From Burkholderiales bacterium (GTDB lineage: Bacteria; Pseudomonadota; Gammaproteobacteria; Burkholderiales; JABEVD01), in NCBI GenBank assembly GCA_019753155.1, contig JAIELG010000016.1, forward strand, positions 113,280 through 177,279: a stretch of DNA of 64,000 nt. Direction: 5' to 3'. The translations under genes were made by a program, and so were the position numbers. Of the stretch, positions 34,099 to 45,446 are shown in pieces. Every line of letters starts with the position of its first letter. Within the stretch, counting starts at the first letter, position 1. The notes below the pieces were generated by a model, which was not told where the DNA came from, made no database searches, and worked only from the letters and a program-made list of their open reading frames with translations.

Positions 34099-34190
34099 GC
34101 CCCTTGGAGCGAAGGCCGTCCGCAGGACGGCTGGCTCGGAGAGCGCTGTTCATACCCGCTGCTTGCGGCGGGGTGCTTGATTCAAGGGGC
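34099..34190. other. Structured intergenic element (candidate sRNA or non-autonomous palindromic mobile element)
   Basis: Closing stem GCCCCTTGGA/TTCAAGGGGC enclosing two GC hairpins; TGnTATAAT at 34074-34082. Confidence 0.5.
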
Positions 34191-34205
34191 TAAGATGTTA
34201 TCCGA

Positions 34206-34748
34206 TCAGAGATCGTTGATAACATGCTCCCTGGCTTTTCTTGCTTCGTCGCTTGTAATGAGTCCCTTGTCGAGTAATTCCTTGATATGTTCGAGGCGCT
34301 GTTCAACGGTCTCCGAGAGGCGCGGCGCAGACCGGACTTCCTTGATTTCCCTGACTTCGCTTCCGCTACTTGCAGAGGGTGAAGAGGAGGCGCCGCATTC
34401 CAGTTTCGCCTTGAGTCCGACATCGAGAATTTTCGCGTTGACCGACTTGGTGTAATCGGAACAGCCTGCTTTTTTCAATGTCACCTGCCCGTACAGGGAT
34501 TCCTTGTCCTTGGGATAGGTGTTGGGGAAAACCGCCCTCTGCCCGAGCTTCAACGGGGTTACTCCGACCTTTTCACCCATTACGTAGACATCCGCGCCTT
34601 CCGGGTCTGATTCTATCCTGATCGGACTGTCCGAGGAGGACGAAAACATGTGACCGATGTCGCTGCCCACGCTGTCCACAGTGGAACAACCTGCTGCGAG
34701 TAAAAGGGGAAAAAGCGCGAGCGCCTTTCCGGAATGCTTCAAGAACAT
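34206..34748 (-). CDS. PEGA-domain lipoprotein with SHOCT-like C-terminus
   Basis: Lipobox AAGC, ESDPEGADVYV..GVTPL, RLEHIKELLDKGLITSDE. Confidence 0.8.
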   Translation of the reverse strand: MFLKHSGKALALFPLLLAAGCSTVDSVGSDIGHMFSSSSDSPIRIESDPEGADVYVMGEKVGVTPLKLGQRAVFPNTYPKDKESLYGQVTLKKAGCSDYTKSVNAKILDVGLKAKLECGASSSPSASSGSEVREIKEVRSAPRLSETVEQRLEHIKELLDKGLITSDEARKAREHVINDL

Positions 34749-34803
34749 GACTCCTCCATTGCAGGGCGAAAGCTTGGAGCGTATCGCGAACGGGCCGAAG
34801 GAG

Positions 34804-37383
34804 TCAAGTCTTCGCGAAGCTCATTTTCCCGGCCTGAAAATCCACGGTTATGGTGTCACGGGGAGCGAAGCGCCCTTCCAGAATTGCGCGCGAAAGCGGG
34901 TTCTCGATTGCCGATTGGATTTCGCGCTTTAATGGCCTTGCGCCGTAAACCGGGTCGAATCCGGCTTTTCCGATTTCCAGGAGCGCGGCATCCGTGACCT
35001 CGAGTTTCATCTCCATTTTTTCGAGGCGCGCTGCAAGGCCCGCGAGCTGGATTTTGGCGATCGAAGCGATATTGTTTTCGGAAAGGGCATGGAACACCAC
35101 GACTTCGTCGATCCGATTGACGAATTCCGGCCTGAAGTAGGTTTTTACCTCGGCAAGCACGGCGAGCTTGATCACTGCGTAGTCGTCCCCGGACATCGCC
35201 TGGATATTCTGGGAGCCGAGGTTGGAAGTCATCACGATGACGGTGTTCTTGAAGTCCACGGTTCTGCCCTGACCGTCCGTCATCCTGCCGTCGTCCAGAA
35301 CCTGAAGCAGCACGTTGAAAACATCCGGATGTGCTTTTTCGACTTCGTCGAGCAGGATCACGGAATAGGGTTTCCTTCTCACGAGTTCGGTGAGATAGCC
35401 GCCTTCTTCAAAGCCTACATAGCCGGGCGGGGCGCCGATGAGCCTGGCAACCGAATGTTTTTCCATGAATTCAGACATGTCGATGCGGATCAGGTGATCT
35501 TCCGAATCGAAAAGGAATTCCGCCAGGGTTTTGCACAGTTCCGTTTTTCCGACGCCTGTAGGCCCCAGGAAGAGGAAAGAGCCGTAGGGCCTGTTCGGGT
35601 CGGAAAGTCCCGCGCGCGAACGCCTGATGGCATCCGCGACGAGCCTGACGGCTTCGTCCTGGCCCACCACGCGCTTGTGCAGATAGTCTTCCATGATCAG
35701 CAGTTTTTCGCGCTCGCCCTGCATCATTCTGGATACGGGGATGCCGGTTGCGCGGGAGACGACTTCGGCGATTTCCTCCGTCCCAACCTGTGTTCTCAAA
35801 AGCTTGTTGGGCTGTTGCGCTTCCCCGGCTTTTTCCGCAGCCTTGAGCTGCGCTTCCAGTTGCGGCAGTTTGCCATATTGCAATTCCGCCACGCGCTCGA
35901 GTTTGCCTTCACGCTGGAATTTGGCGATATCGACCTTCAGTTTATCGATCTCTTCCTTGATGTGCGCGCTCCCCTGAACCTTGGCTTTTTCGGCTTTCCA
36001 TATTTGTTCGAGGTCGTTGTATTCGCGCTCCAGCCGTTCAAGCTCCTCTTCGATGAGCTTGAAGCGCTTTCTGGATGCTTCATCCTTTTCCTTCCTGACC
36101 GCTTCGCGTTCGATCTTGAGCTGGATGACTCGCCTGTCCAGCTTGTCCATGACTTCGGGCTTGGAGTCGATTTCCATCTTGATGCGCGCTGCGGCTTCGT
36201 CGATGAGATCAATCGCCTTGTCCGGAAGAAACCTGTCCGTGATATAGCGATGGGAAAGCTCGGCGGCTGCGACGATGGCAGGGTCGGTGATATCCACCCC
36301 ATGGTGCAATTCGTACCGCTCCTGCAATCCTCTCAGGATTGCGATGGTGTCCTCCACCGAGGGTTCATCGACCATGACTTTCTGGAAGCGGCGTTCGAGC
36401 GCGGCATCCTTTTCGATGTATTTGCGGTATTCGTCAAGAGTGGTGGCGCCGACGCAGTGCAATTCCCCCCTTGCAAGGGAGGGTTTGAGCATGTTTCCGG
36501 CATCGATTGCGCCTTCGGCCTTGCCCGCGCCCACCATGGTATGGAGTTCGTCGATGAAGAGTATGATTTTTCCTTCATCCTGCGCCACTTCCTTGAGCAC
36601 GGATTTCAGCCTTTCCTCGAATTCACCGCGATATTTCGCTCCAGCCAGGAGGGCGGCCATGTCCATGGAAAGAATGCGTTTGTTCTTGAGTGAATCGGGG
36701 ACTTCCCCATTCACGATGCGCTGCGCAAGGCCTTCGACGATGGCCGTTTTTCCAACGCCAGGCTCGCCGATGAGTACGGGATTGTTTTTCGTTCTTCTTT
36801 GCAGCACTTGGATCGTGCGGCGGATTTCGTCGTCCCGTCCGATCACGGGGTCGAGCTTGCCGGCCCGCGCCCGCTCAGTGAGGTCGAGCGTATATTTCTT
36901 GAGCGCTTCCCGTCCGGATTCCGCATCTGAGCTGCTGATGTTTTCCCCGCCTCTCAACGCCGAGATCGCATTTTCGAGATTTTCCCTTTTCAGCCCGTGC
37001 TGTTTCAGGATCTGGCCGGTCTCTCCCTTGTCCTGCGTCAGCGCGAGCAGGAAAAGTTCGGATGCGACATATTGGTCGCCGCGCTTTTGCGCTTCCTTTT
37101 CCGTCAGATTGAACAGATTGGCAAGGTCGCGCGAAATGGAGACTTCCCCGCCGTGGCCTTCCACCTTGGGAAGGCGGTCCAGGGCTTTCCTGAGACCATC
37201 CTTCAAAGGCTGGATATTGACGCCGATGCGGGAAAAGAGGGCAGGGGTCGTGCCGTTCTGCTGTTCGATGAGGGCGAAGAGCAGATGCTGCGGCTCGATG
37301 TATGCGTGATCGAATCCGATGGCGATGCTTTGCGCATCGCTCAGGGCTTCCTGGAACAGCGTCGTGAATTTGTCCAATCGCAT
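34804..37383 (-). CDS. clpB: Chaperone ClpB
   Basis: Two AAA+ modules and a coiled-coil middle domain. Confidence 0.98.
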   Translation of the reverse strand: MRLDKFTTLFQEALSDAQSIAIGFDHAYIEPQHLLFALIEQQNGTTPALFSRIGVNIQPLKDGLRKALDRLPKVEGHGGEVSISRDLANLFNLTEKEAQKRGDQYVASELFLLALTQDKGETGQILKQHGLKRENLENAISALRGGENISSSDAESGREALKKYTLDLTERARAGKLDPVIGRDDEIRRTIQVLQRRTKNNPVLIGEPGVGKTAIVEGLAQRIVNGEVPDSLKNKRILSMDMAALLAGAKYRGEFEERLKSVLKEVAQDEGKIILFIDELHTMVGAGKAEGAIDAGNMLKPSLARGELHCVGATTLDEYRKYIEKDAALERRFQKVMVDEPSVEDTIAILRGLQERYELHHGVDITDPAIVAAAELSHRYITDRFLPDKAIDLIDEAAARIKMEIDSKPEVMDKLDRRVIQLKIEREAVRKEKDEASRKRFKLIEEELERLEREYNDLEQIWKAEKAKVQGSAHIKEEIDKLKVDIAKFQREGKLERVAELQYGKLPQLEAQLKAAEKAGEAQQPNKLLRTQVGTEEIAEVVSRATGIPVSRMMQGEREKLLIMEDYLHKRVVGQDEAVRLVADAIRRSRAGLSDPNRPYGSFLFLGPTGVGKTELCKTLAEFLFDSEDHLIRIDMSEFMEKHSVARLIGAPPGYVGFEEGGYLTELVRRKPYSVILLDEVEKAHPDVFNVLLQVLDDGRMTDGQGRTVDFKNTVIVMTSNLGSQNIQAMSGDDYAVIKLAVLAEVKTYFRPEFVNRIDEVVVFHALSENNIASIAKIQLAGLAARLEKMEMKLEVTDAALLEIGKAGFDPVYGARPLKREIQSAIENPLSRAILEGRFAPRDTITVDFQAGKMSFAKT

Positions 37384-37413
37384 GATCACTCCTCAGTCTG
37401 TTGTATGTCATCC

Positions 37414-37441
37414 ATATGAGGATGCATTCAGGAATTTCAAC
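37414..37441 (-). promoter_or_regulatory. Sigma32 (RpoH) promoter of clpB
   Basis: GTTGAAA-N13-CCTCATAT versus the consensus CTTGAAA-N13/14-CCCCATNT. Confidence 0.7.
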
Positions 37442-37488
37442 TGCCGCCGCCTGCCCGGAATTCCCGCCTTTCGGGGGTTGCGGTTTAA

Positions 37489-37508
37489 ATATTAGAAGAT
37501 TATTATAT
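37489..37508. promoter_or_regulatory. AT-rich imperfect palindrome upstream of sqr (candidate repressor operator)
   Basis: ATATTAGAAGATTATTATAT, 14 of 20 positions symmetric. Confidence 0.4.
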
Positions 37509-37611
37509 AGCCATTAATGAGTTTGTCCGTAAGCGCGGTCATGCAGATTGCCTGTCCTATAATGGATGAGAGATTTGCTCTGGCATACCCTATTTATTAT
37601 TTAAATTTTAA

Positions 37612-38898
<1,287 letters not shown>

Positions 38899-38929
38899 GC
38901 TGCCGTTTAGTCCTGTAACGAGAACGGAA

Positions 38930-39085
38930 ATGGAAAGGTACTGGCGCGAAATCGCCTTGGTGCTTGCCGTCAAGGCGCTCGTCCTTGCCCTCGTCTGGTA
39001 TGCGTGGTTTTCGAGTCCAGAGGACAAGAGCCTGAGTGATGCCGGGGTCGCAGCCCGAATGCTTTCCCCCAATCCCAAATTTTGA
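38930..39085 (+). CDS. cydP: Putative cytochrome bd small subunit CydP-like protein (51 aa)
   Basis: MERYWREIALVLAVKALVLALVWYAWFSSP...; single TM; immediately before cydA. Confidence 0.7.
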   Translation: MERYWREIALVLAVKALVLALVWYAWFSSPEDKSLSDAGVAARMLSPNPKF

Positions 39086-39097
39086 AGGAATCCAATC

Positions 39098-40645
39098 ATG
39101 GTGCCATCCGCTGAACTTGTCGATTTGTCGCGGCTGCAATTTGCGGCAACTGCCTTGTATCACTTCCTCTTCGTCCCGTTGACCCTGGGGCTTTCCTTTT
39201 TGCTTGTCATCATGGAGTCGGTTTACGTGATGACCGGAAAGGAAGTTTACCGCGACATGACGAGATTCTGGGGGAAGCTCTTCGGGATCAATTTCGCCCT
39301 TGGTGTGACGACTGGAATTACGATGGAATTCCAGTTCGGCACGAACTGGGCCTATTATTCTCATTATGTTGGCGACATTTTCGGTGTCCCGCTCGCCATA
39401 GAGGGCTTGATGGCCTTCTTCCTCGAGTCGACCATGGTGGGACTCTTTTTCTTCGGTTGGGACAGGCTCTCGAAGGTCAAGCATCTCGTCGTGACCTTTC
39501 TCGTGGCGCTCGGATCGAACCTCTCCGCCCTTTGGATACTGATCGCCAACGGCTGGATGCAGAACCCGGTTGGGGCAGAGTTCAATTACCATACCATGCG
39601 CATGGAGATGACGAGCCTCACCCAGCTTCTTTTCAATCCGGTCGCACAGGTGAAATTCGTCCATACAGTATCCGCGGGATACGTGACGGCATCGGTTTTC
39701 GTGCTGGGGATCAGCGCCTATTACTTACTGAAAGGGCGTGACAAGGGGTTTGCCCTGCGTTCCATCGCGGTTGCCGCGGGGTTCGGTCTCGCATCCAGCC
39801 TCTCCGTCATCGTGCTGGGGGACGAGTCCGGATATACGGCGGGGGAGGTGCAGCGCGTGAAGCTTGCCGCTATCGAAGCGGAATGGCATACGGTCGATGC
39901 GCCTGCCGCGATCACCGCTGTCGGTTTTCCGAACGAGGCGACGCAGAGCACCGATTATGCGATCAAGATCCCTTATCTTCTGGGCTTGATCGCGACGCGT
40001 TCGCTGGACGAAAAGATCACCGGGATTGCCGAGTTGAAGGCTGAAAACCAGGTGAAAATCCGCGATGGGATGATCGCCTATTCGGCTCTGGAAAAACTGA
40101 GATCCGGGGACAAGAGTCCGGGAACTCTGGCGCTTTTCGAAAAATCCAGGGAAGACCTGGGCTACGGTTTGCTGCTCAAAAAATACACCCCGAAAGTGGT
40201 CGATGCGACGGATGACGAGATCAGGAAGGCGGCGGACGACACAATTCCAAGGGTTGCGCCGATGTTCTGGACATTCAGGGTCATGGTGGCCCTGGGATTC
40301 TGGTTCCTGATCCTCTTCGCCACGGCGTTCTATTTCGTGGCAAAGCGCACCATCAGCGAACAAAGGACGCTCCTGAAACTTGCGCTCTACAGCATTCCGC
40401 TGCCCTGGATGGCGGCGGAAATGGGCTGGTTCGTCGCCGAATACGGACGGCAGCCATGGACCATCAGCGGTATTCTGCCGACCAGCCTCAGCACGTCGAA
40501 TCTCGCGCCATCCAGCGTTTATTTCAGCCTCGCGGGATTCGTCGGTTTCTACAGCCTGTTGCTTGCCGCAGAACTTTTCCTGATGTTCAAGTACGCCAGG
40601 CTTGGGCCGCAAAGTCTGCACAACGGCCGCTACGGCCAAGCTTAA
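39098..40645 (+). CDS. cydA: Cytochrome bd ubiquinol oxidase subunit I
   Basis: [20 protein letters not shown], long Q-loop, GRQPW. Confidence 0.97.
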   Translation: MVPSAELVDLSRLQFAATALYHFLFVPLTLGLSFLLVIMESVYVMTGKEVYRDMTRFWGKLFGINFALGVTTGITMEFQFGTNWAYYSHYVGDIFGVPLAIEGLMAFFLESTMVGLFFFGWDRLSKVKHLVVTFLVALGSNLSALWILIANGWMQNPVGAEFNYHTMRMEMTSLTQLLFNPVAQVKFVHTVSAGYVTASVFVLGISAYYLLKGRDKGFALRSIAVAAGFGLASSLSVIVLGDESGYTAGEVQRVKLAAIEAEWHTVDAPAAITAVGFPNEATQSTDYAIKIPYLLGLIATRSLDEKITGIAELKAENQVKIRDGMIAYSALEKLRSGDKSPGTLALFEKSREDLGYGLLLKKYTPKVVDATDDEIRKAADDTIPRVAPMFWTFRVMVALGFWFLILFATAFYFVAKRTISEQRTLLKLALYSIPLPWMAAEMGWFVAEYGRQPWTISGILPTSLSTSNLAPSSVYFSLAGFVGFYSLLLAAELFLMFKYARLGPQSLHNGRYGQA

Positions 40646-40658
40646 GGAGGGAGGAATC

Positions 40659-41801
40659 ATGGTATTCGATTATGCGACACTCAAAGTCATCTGGTGGCTC
40701 TTCGTCGGCGTCCTGCTGATCGGTTTCGCGGTCACGGATGGTTTCGATCTCGGTGTAGGCGCGTTGCTTCCCTTCCTCGGCAAGAACGACGAGGAGCGGC
40801 GAGTGATCATCAATTCCGTGGGGGCAACCTGGGATGGGAATCAGGTTTGGTTCATTACCGCAGGAGGGGCGATTTTCGCAGCTTGGCCGCTCGTGTATGC
40901 GACTGCGTTCTCGGGTTTTTACATCGCCCTGATATTGACCTTGTTCGCGCTTTTCTTCAGGCCTGTCGGTTTCGATTACCGCAGCAAGGTCGCGGATCCA
41001 AGATGGCGCTCGGCGTGGGACTGGGGCCTGTTCGCAGGCGGGTTCGTACCCAGCCTCATTTTCGGGGTCGCTTTCGGGAATCTGTTGCAGGGTGTGCCGT
41101 TCAGCTACGATCCTGACATGCGCGTCACCTATAGCGGAACGTTCTGGGCGCTGCTCAATCCATTCGCGCTTCTGGTCGGGGTCGTGAGCCTCTCGATGCT
41201 GGTGATGCATGGGGCGGCCTATCTCAGGATCAGGACGGAGGGCGTCATCGAAAAACGCGCTGTCCAGGCAGGGAAATATGCTGCGATCGTGCTCATCCTC
41301 TCCTTCGCTGCGGCAGGAGCATGGATAATCAATGGGATGGAGGGATACAAAATCGTCTCCATGCTGTCCATGAACGTCCCGTCCACGCCGCTCGACAAGG
41401 CGGTCGAGAAATCGATGGGCGCGTGGCTTTCCAACTACGGCGCCTATCCCGTGCTCTGGCTTGCGCCGGCTCTTGGTTTCCTGGGGGCATTCCTTTCGAT
41501 CGCGTTTTCATCGAGCGGTAGGGCGATCATGGCCTTCGTATCGAGTTCGGTGTCGCTCGCGGGTGTGATCCTGACTGCGGGAATCGCGATGTTCCCCTTC
41601 ATCATGCCTTCGAGTTCCGATCCGAGAAGCAGCCTGACGATATGGGATGCCGTATCCAGTCACGGGACGCTGCAGATCATGTTCTGGGTGGTCGTGTTTT
41701 TTCTCCCCATCATCCTCGCCTATACATCGTGGGTTTACAGGGTGCTGAGAGGGAAAATCACGGTCGAAACCATCCGGGCGAACGAGCACAGCGTGTATTG
41801 A
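40659..41801 (+). CDS. cydB: Cytochrome bd ubiquinol oxidase subunit II
   Basis: [24 protein letters not shown]. Confidence 0.97.
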   Translation: MVFDYATLKVIWWLFVGVLLIGFAVTDGFDLGVGALLPFLGKNDEERRVIINSVGATWDGNQVWFITAGGAIFAAWPLVYATAFSGFYIALILTLFALFFRPVGFDYRSKVADPRWRSAWDWGLFAGGFVPSLIFGVAFGNLLQGVPFSYDPDMRVTYSGTFWALLNPFALLVGVVSLSMLVMHGAAYLRIRTEGVIEKRAVQAGKYAAIVLILSFAAAGAWIINGMEGYKIVSMLSMNVPSTPLDKAVEKSMGAWLSNYGAYPVLWLAPALGFLGAFLSIAFSSSGRAIMAFVSSSVSLAGVILTAGIAMFPFIMPSSSDPRSSLTIWDAVSSHGTLQIMFWVVVFFLPIILAYTSWVYRVLRGKITVETIRANEHSVY

Positions 41802-41812
41802 AAGGATAACTC

Positions 41813-41950
41813 ATGTGGTATTTTTCTTGGATTCTTGGAGTGGGGTTGGCCATGGCTTTCGGCATTATCAACGTGCTCTGGCTCGAAGCCGAATATTTCT
41901 GCAAGGCCGATATCGAGGCTGCCAGGCATGGGGATGATCGGGTAGAATGA
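41813..41950 (+). CDS. cydX: Cytochrome bd small subunit CydX
   Basis: MWYFSWILGVGLAMAFGIINVLWLE; absent from the ORF track. Confidence 0.93.
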   Translation: MWYFSWILGVGLAMAFGIINVLWLEAEYFCKADIEAARHGDDRVE

Positions 41951-41970
41951 TGTTTTTTTGAGCCGGACCC

Positions 41971-42810
41971 ATGGATTTGCTCGAAGCAGTCGAACAGGAT
42001 GTATGCAGGGCCTTCGACGAGGACATAGGGGGGGGTGATGTCACGGCGAGCCTGATTCCCGCTGACGCGCTTGCGCATGCCACGGTAGTGAGCCGGGAGG
42101 AAGCAATCCTATGCGGTTCTCCATGGTTCGAATCCTCGTTCAGGAAGCTCGATCCGGCAGTCGAGATTCTGTGGCATGCAGGCGAAGGGCATGAGATCCA
42201 CCCCGATCAAACCCTCTGCACGGTCCGTGGCAATGCAAGGGCGCTCCTTACGGCGGAGCGCTCCGCGCTCAATTTCCTGCAACTGCTCTCCGGCATCGCG
42301 ACAAAAACACGGCGCTTCGTGAAGGCGGTGGAAGGCGCCCGCGCCGCCGTCATGGATACCCGCAAAACCCTCCCTGGACTCAGGTTTGCCCAGAAATACG
42401 CGGTGCGGGTGGGGGGGGGGCGGAACCAGAGAATGGGGCTATATGACGCGATCCTGATCAAGGAAAACCACATCATGGCCTGCGGCGGGGTGAAATCCGC
42501 GCTGAAAGCCGCTTCCGAAGTCCCCGGTGTTCCCGTTCAGATCGAAGTGGAGAATATGGGAGAGCTGGATGAGGCATTGAATGCCGGAGCGAAGCTCATC
42601 CTGCTCGACAATTTCGATGTCGAAGGCTTGAGCCGGGCTGTGAAATACACGGCGGGACGCGCGCTGCTCGAAGCCTCCGGCGGCATCACGCTGGAAAACG
42701 TGAGCGAAATCGCCCAGACCGGGGTCGACAGGATTTCCATAGGATCGCTCACCAAGGATATCGAGGCCATCGATCTCTCCATGCGCCTTCAGGTCACGTC
42801 CATTGCCTGA
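41971..42810 (+). CDS. nadC: Quinolinate phosphoribosyltransferase
   Basis: DTRKTLPG, LIKENH, LDNF, EASGGI. Confidence 0.96.
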   Translation: MDLLEAVEQDVCRAFDEDIGGGDVTASLIPADALAHATVVSREEAILCGSPWFESSFRKLDPAVEILWHAGEGHEIHPDQTLCTVRGNARALLTAERSALNFLQLLSGIATKTRRFVKAVEGARAAVMDTRKTLPGLRFAQKYAVRVGGGRNQRMGLYDAILIKENHIMACGGVKSALKAASEVPGVPVQIEVENMGELDEALNAGAKLILLDNFDVEGLSRAVKYTAGRALLEASGGITLENVSEIAQTGVDRISIGSLTKDIEAIDLSMRLQVTSIA

Positions 42811-42842
42811 TCATGGCGAACCTCCCTTCCTCACGTGAGGAA

Positions 42843-42900
42843 TGCTGAATATATCAATTTATTATCAACATGTTGAATATAATGCATTGACAATTCAGCA
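42843..42900. repeat. 58-bp AT-rich nested palindrome
   Basis: TGCTGAAT..TCAAT..ATTA-TCAACATGTTGA..TAAT..ATTGA..ATTCAGCA. Confidence 0.7.
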
Positions 42901-42931
42901 ACGCCATACTACCAAGTGAATAAGATGTTAC

Positions 42932-43237
42932 ATGTTGGAGTGTGCAAAACAATTTGACGAAGCAGGGGAGCTTATTCCGCAAGCTGGAATTGTGGTCATG
43001 TCGATGGTCTTTTCGCTGGCCTCGTTTGCACAGGAAGGGCCTGCATCTTCGGTCGTAAACGTTTTCGAGGAAGCTGCATTCCAGAAGGCTGCGGTCAGGC
43101 TGAGTCCGGACGGTCGCAATCTGCTCGCGGCGGAACTCGACATGCCCCTCAGACAGTACAGGGAAGCCGTTCCCTTGCTGAAGTCGCTTGCCGAAAAGCA
43201 TGCAGCCTTGCCGGAGACATCAATTTCCCGGCCATAG
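42932..43237 (+). pseudogene. Probable remnant of a secreted TPR-like protein
   Basis: Signal-like stretch (SLASFA) followed by a TPR-like helix; runs into the toxin gene end. Confidence 0.3.
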
Positions 43238-43588
43238 GGACTGGAAATCGAACGAGAGTTGACGGTGATGTTTGATCGCCAGCAAATGAATGACTCCGGA
43301 GAATTGCGCATAAAGCACCAGATAATCGGCGAACAGGTATTCGCGCAATTCACAGCCATGCAATTTCGATTGGAGGCGTTCAAGGGCATTTGCCGCTTCC
43401 ACCGAATGCACAGGACGTTCAAGGAACGGCCGCCCCGCCGAAGGGAAGCGCTCGAGGTTGGGAATCAGGGTATGGAACAGATCATCCAGCAGGCGGTCAT
43501 AGCCTTGAGGAAATTCTGCAGTGGCGAGATAGGTCTCGATGGCTTCGAGGTTTCGCTCGAAGTTTGCGGTCAGCTTGGCGGGGATCAC
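43220..43588 (-). CDS. RelE/ParE family toxin
   Basis: TANFERNLEAI..LERFPSAGR..LREYLFADYLVLY..LAIKHHRQ; downstream of a Phd-type gene. Confidence 0.85.
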   Translation of the reverse strand: MIPAKLTANFERNLEAIETYLATAEFPQGYDRLLDDLFHTLIPNLERFPSAGRPFLERPVHSVEAANALERLQSKLHGCELREYLFADYLVLYAQFSGVIHLLAIKHHRQLSFDFQSLWPGN

Positions 43589-43598
43589 CGGCTCGCGC

Positions 43599-43886
43599 TC
43601 AAGTGCGCTGTCTCTTGAGCTTCAGTATGGCTTGGCGCGCATCCTTCACCCTGCCGGCAGCCATGTCATCCAGGCCTTTTTCGATCTCGTCGACCAGCAA
43701 CAGGTGTATGCGCTCGCGCTCCAACTGATGGTAATAATCGAGCCGTTCGGCGTCGATCAGGGCGACATAGCTCTCGCCGTTTTTTGTGATGATCTTTTCC
43801 GCCCCGGCTTTGACCTGTTCGGCCAATTCTGAAAAATTGGCTCTCGCCTGGGAAAAAGCCACCACGTCGCGTGCAGAAATCCCCAT
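43599..43886 (-). CDS. Phd/YefM family antitoxin
   Basis: FSQARANFSELAEQV..IITKNG..VALI; GGAGG RBS. Confidence 0.88.
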   Translation of the reverse strand: MGISARDVVAFSQARANFSELAEQVKAGAEKIITKNGESYVALIDAERLDYYHQLERERIHLLLVDEIEKGLDDMAAGRVKDARQAILKLKRQRT

Positions 43887-43906
43887 GATGCCTCCTGTGT
43901 TGCAGA

Positions 43907-43933
43907 ATAACGTGCAATATATTGTGCATTATA
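43907..43933 (-). promoter_or_regulatory. TA operator overlapping the -10 box
   Basis: Palindrome ATAA..CAATATATTG..TTAT, with TATAAT on the minus strand at 43928-43933. Confidence 0.6.
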
Positions 43934-44066
43934 TAGGCAGAAAGGCGGGTGATCAACGAAGGCGCGCATTTCCTTGAGATTTTGCGGGAAAAACACCTAT
44001 CTCCATGCAGGGTTTAACATTTCGAAACAATGTATGATCCCGCTATATCGATAAAAAATGGGGGGA

Positions 44067-44215
44067 TGGCTGTGAAGCGCTGCCGGACGGTTTTATGGGC
44101 AACTTGCCTGTGCTGCATCGGTTCCGCCTGGGCGGACGAGGTGGACGACGCGATTGCGCTGTTGCGCTCCGGCAAGCCGGATGCGGCCTACCAGTCGCTT
44201 CTGCCGCTCTCGTAG
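44067..44215 (+). pseudogene. Truncated N-terminus of a secreted TPR protein
   Basis: Signal peptide ending AWA, then DEVDDAIALLRSGKPDAAYQSLLPL and an early TAG. Confidence 0.4.
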
Positions 44216-44323
44216 AATCCCCCCGACCAGGCGAAGCCGTCGGCGTGCAATTGATAGTCAGAATATTTCAGAGTTGGACCAATCATACACCGGATTTGGA
44301 AATCCGCCAGATAGTTCGGGCGC

Positions 44324-45445
44324 TTATTTTTCCATGTTGTCCAGTATGATCTTTTCGATCGAGTCGCGGGTCGCATCCACCGTGACGGGCCGCGTGCTCT
44401 GGGCGATCGCGGTATCCGGATCCTTGAGGCCGTGGCCCGTCAAAGTGCAGACGATGGTCGAGCCTTCCGGGATTTTTCCACGCTCCAGATCCATCAGCAC
44501 CCCTGCAAGCGAAGTGGCCGAAGCCGGTTCGCAGAAGATGCCTTCGCTTATGGCGAGCAGCTTCTGGACTTTCAGGATTTCGGAATCGGTGCATTCGTCG
44601 AACCATCCTCCCGACTCCTCCTTGACCTGCCAGGCCTGTTTCCAGGAAACGGGGTGGCCTATCCTGATCGCGGTTGCGACCGTCTCGGGATCGTCCACGA
44701 ATGCGAGGCGCGAGAATGGTGCAGAGCCTGCCGCCTGGTAGCCCAGCATCTTCGGGCGCTTCGATGCAGCGACCGTCTTGTGGTAGGGACATTTTCCGTT
44801 GCAATGCACGCAGGCATGGGTTTCCAGGCAGAGGGATTCCGAATAGCCTATCCAGTGCGCCGTGATGTTGCCCGCGTTTCCCACGGGAAGCGCATGATAG
44901 TCGGGCGCATCCCCGAGTTCCTCGATGATTTCGAAGCTCGCTGTTTTCTGGCCCTGGAGCCGATAAGGATTCACGGAATTGACGATCGTCACCGGCGCGG
45001 TTTCCGCGACTTCCCGCACGAGGCGCATGCCGTCGTCGAAATTGCCCTTGATCTGTATGACCACCGACCCATGCATCATCGCCTGGGAGAGTTTTCCGAG
45101 CGCGATCTTGCCCTCCGGGATCAGGACGAAGCTCGTGATTCCGGCACGGGAAGCGTAGGCTGCCGCGGAAGCCGATGTGTTTCCGGTGGAAGCGCAGATG
45201 ATCGCTTTCGAACCCGCTTCCACCGCCTTGGTGACCGCCATGGTCATGCCCCTGTCCTTGAAGGAGCCTGTCGGATTGAGTCCTTCGAATTTCACCAGGA
45301 TACGCACATCGCGGCCGATTCTTTTGGGCAGGTTTTTGAGTTCGATGAGCGGGGTATTGCCTTCCCCGAGGGAGACGATCGGGGTGTCGGATCCTACCGG
45401 TAGGCGGTCCCTGTAGCGTTCGATGAGGCCGGTGTAATGGTTCAT
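44324..45445 (-). CDS. thrC: Threonine synthase
   Basis: [10 protein letters not shown] (PLP Lys), [28 protein letters not shown]. Confidence 0.95.
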   Translation of the reverse strand: MNHYTGLIERYRDRLPVGSDTPIVSLGEGNTPLIELKNLPKRIGRDVRILVKFEGLNPTGSFKDRGMTMAVTKAVEAGSKAIICASTGNTSASAAAYASRAGITSFVLIPEGKIALGKLSQAMMHGSVVIQIKGNFDDGMRLVREVAETAPVTIVNSVNPYRLQGQKTASFEIIEELGDAPDYHALPVGNAGNITAHWIGYSESLCLETHACVHCNGKCPYHKTVAASKRPKMLGYQAAGSAPFSRLAFVDDPETVATAIRIGHPVSWKQAWQVKEESGGWFDECTDSEILKVQKLLAISEGIFCEPASATSLAGVLMDLERGKIPEGSTIVCTLTGHGLKDPDTAIAQSTRPVTVDATRDSIEKIILDNMEK

Positions 45446-45446
45446 T

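Noticed and set aside
34020-34200. 6S RNA, SAH riboswitch or guanidine riboswitch upstream of the SMR gene
   Set aside because: Too short and the wrong shape for 6S; the SAH-like words are in the wrong order; no paired ACGR loops; the SMR looks Qac/EmrE-type rather than Gdx.
32055-36693. 546-aa and 534-aa plus-strand ORFs
   Set aside because: Shadows of copA and clpB.
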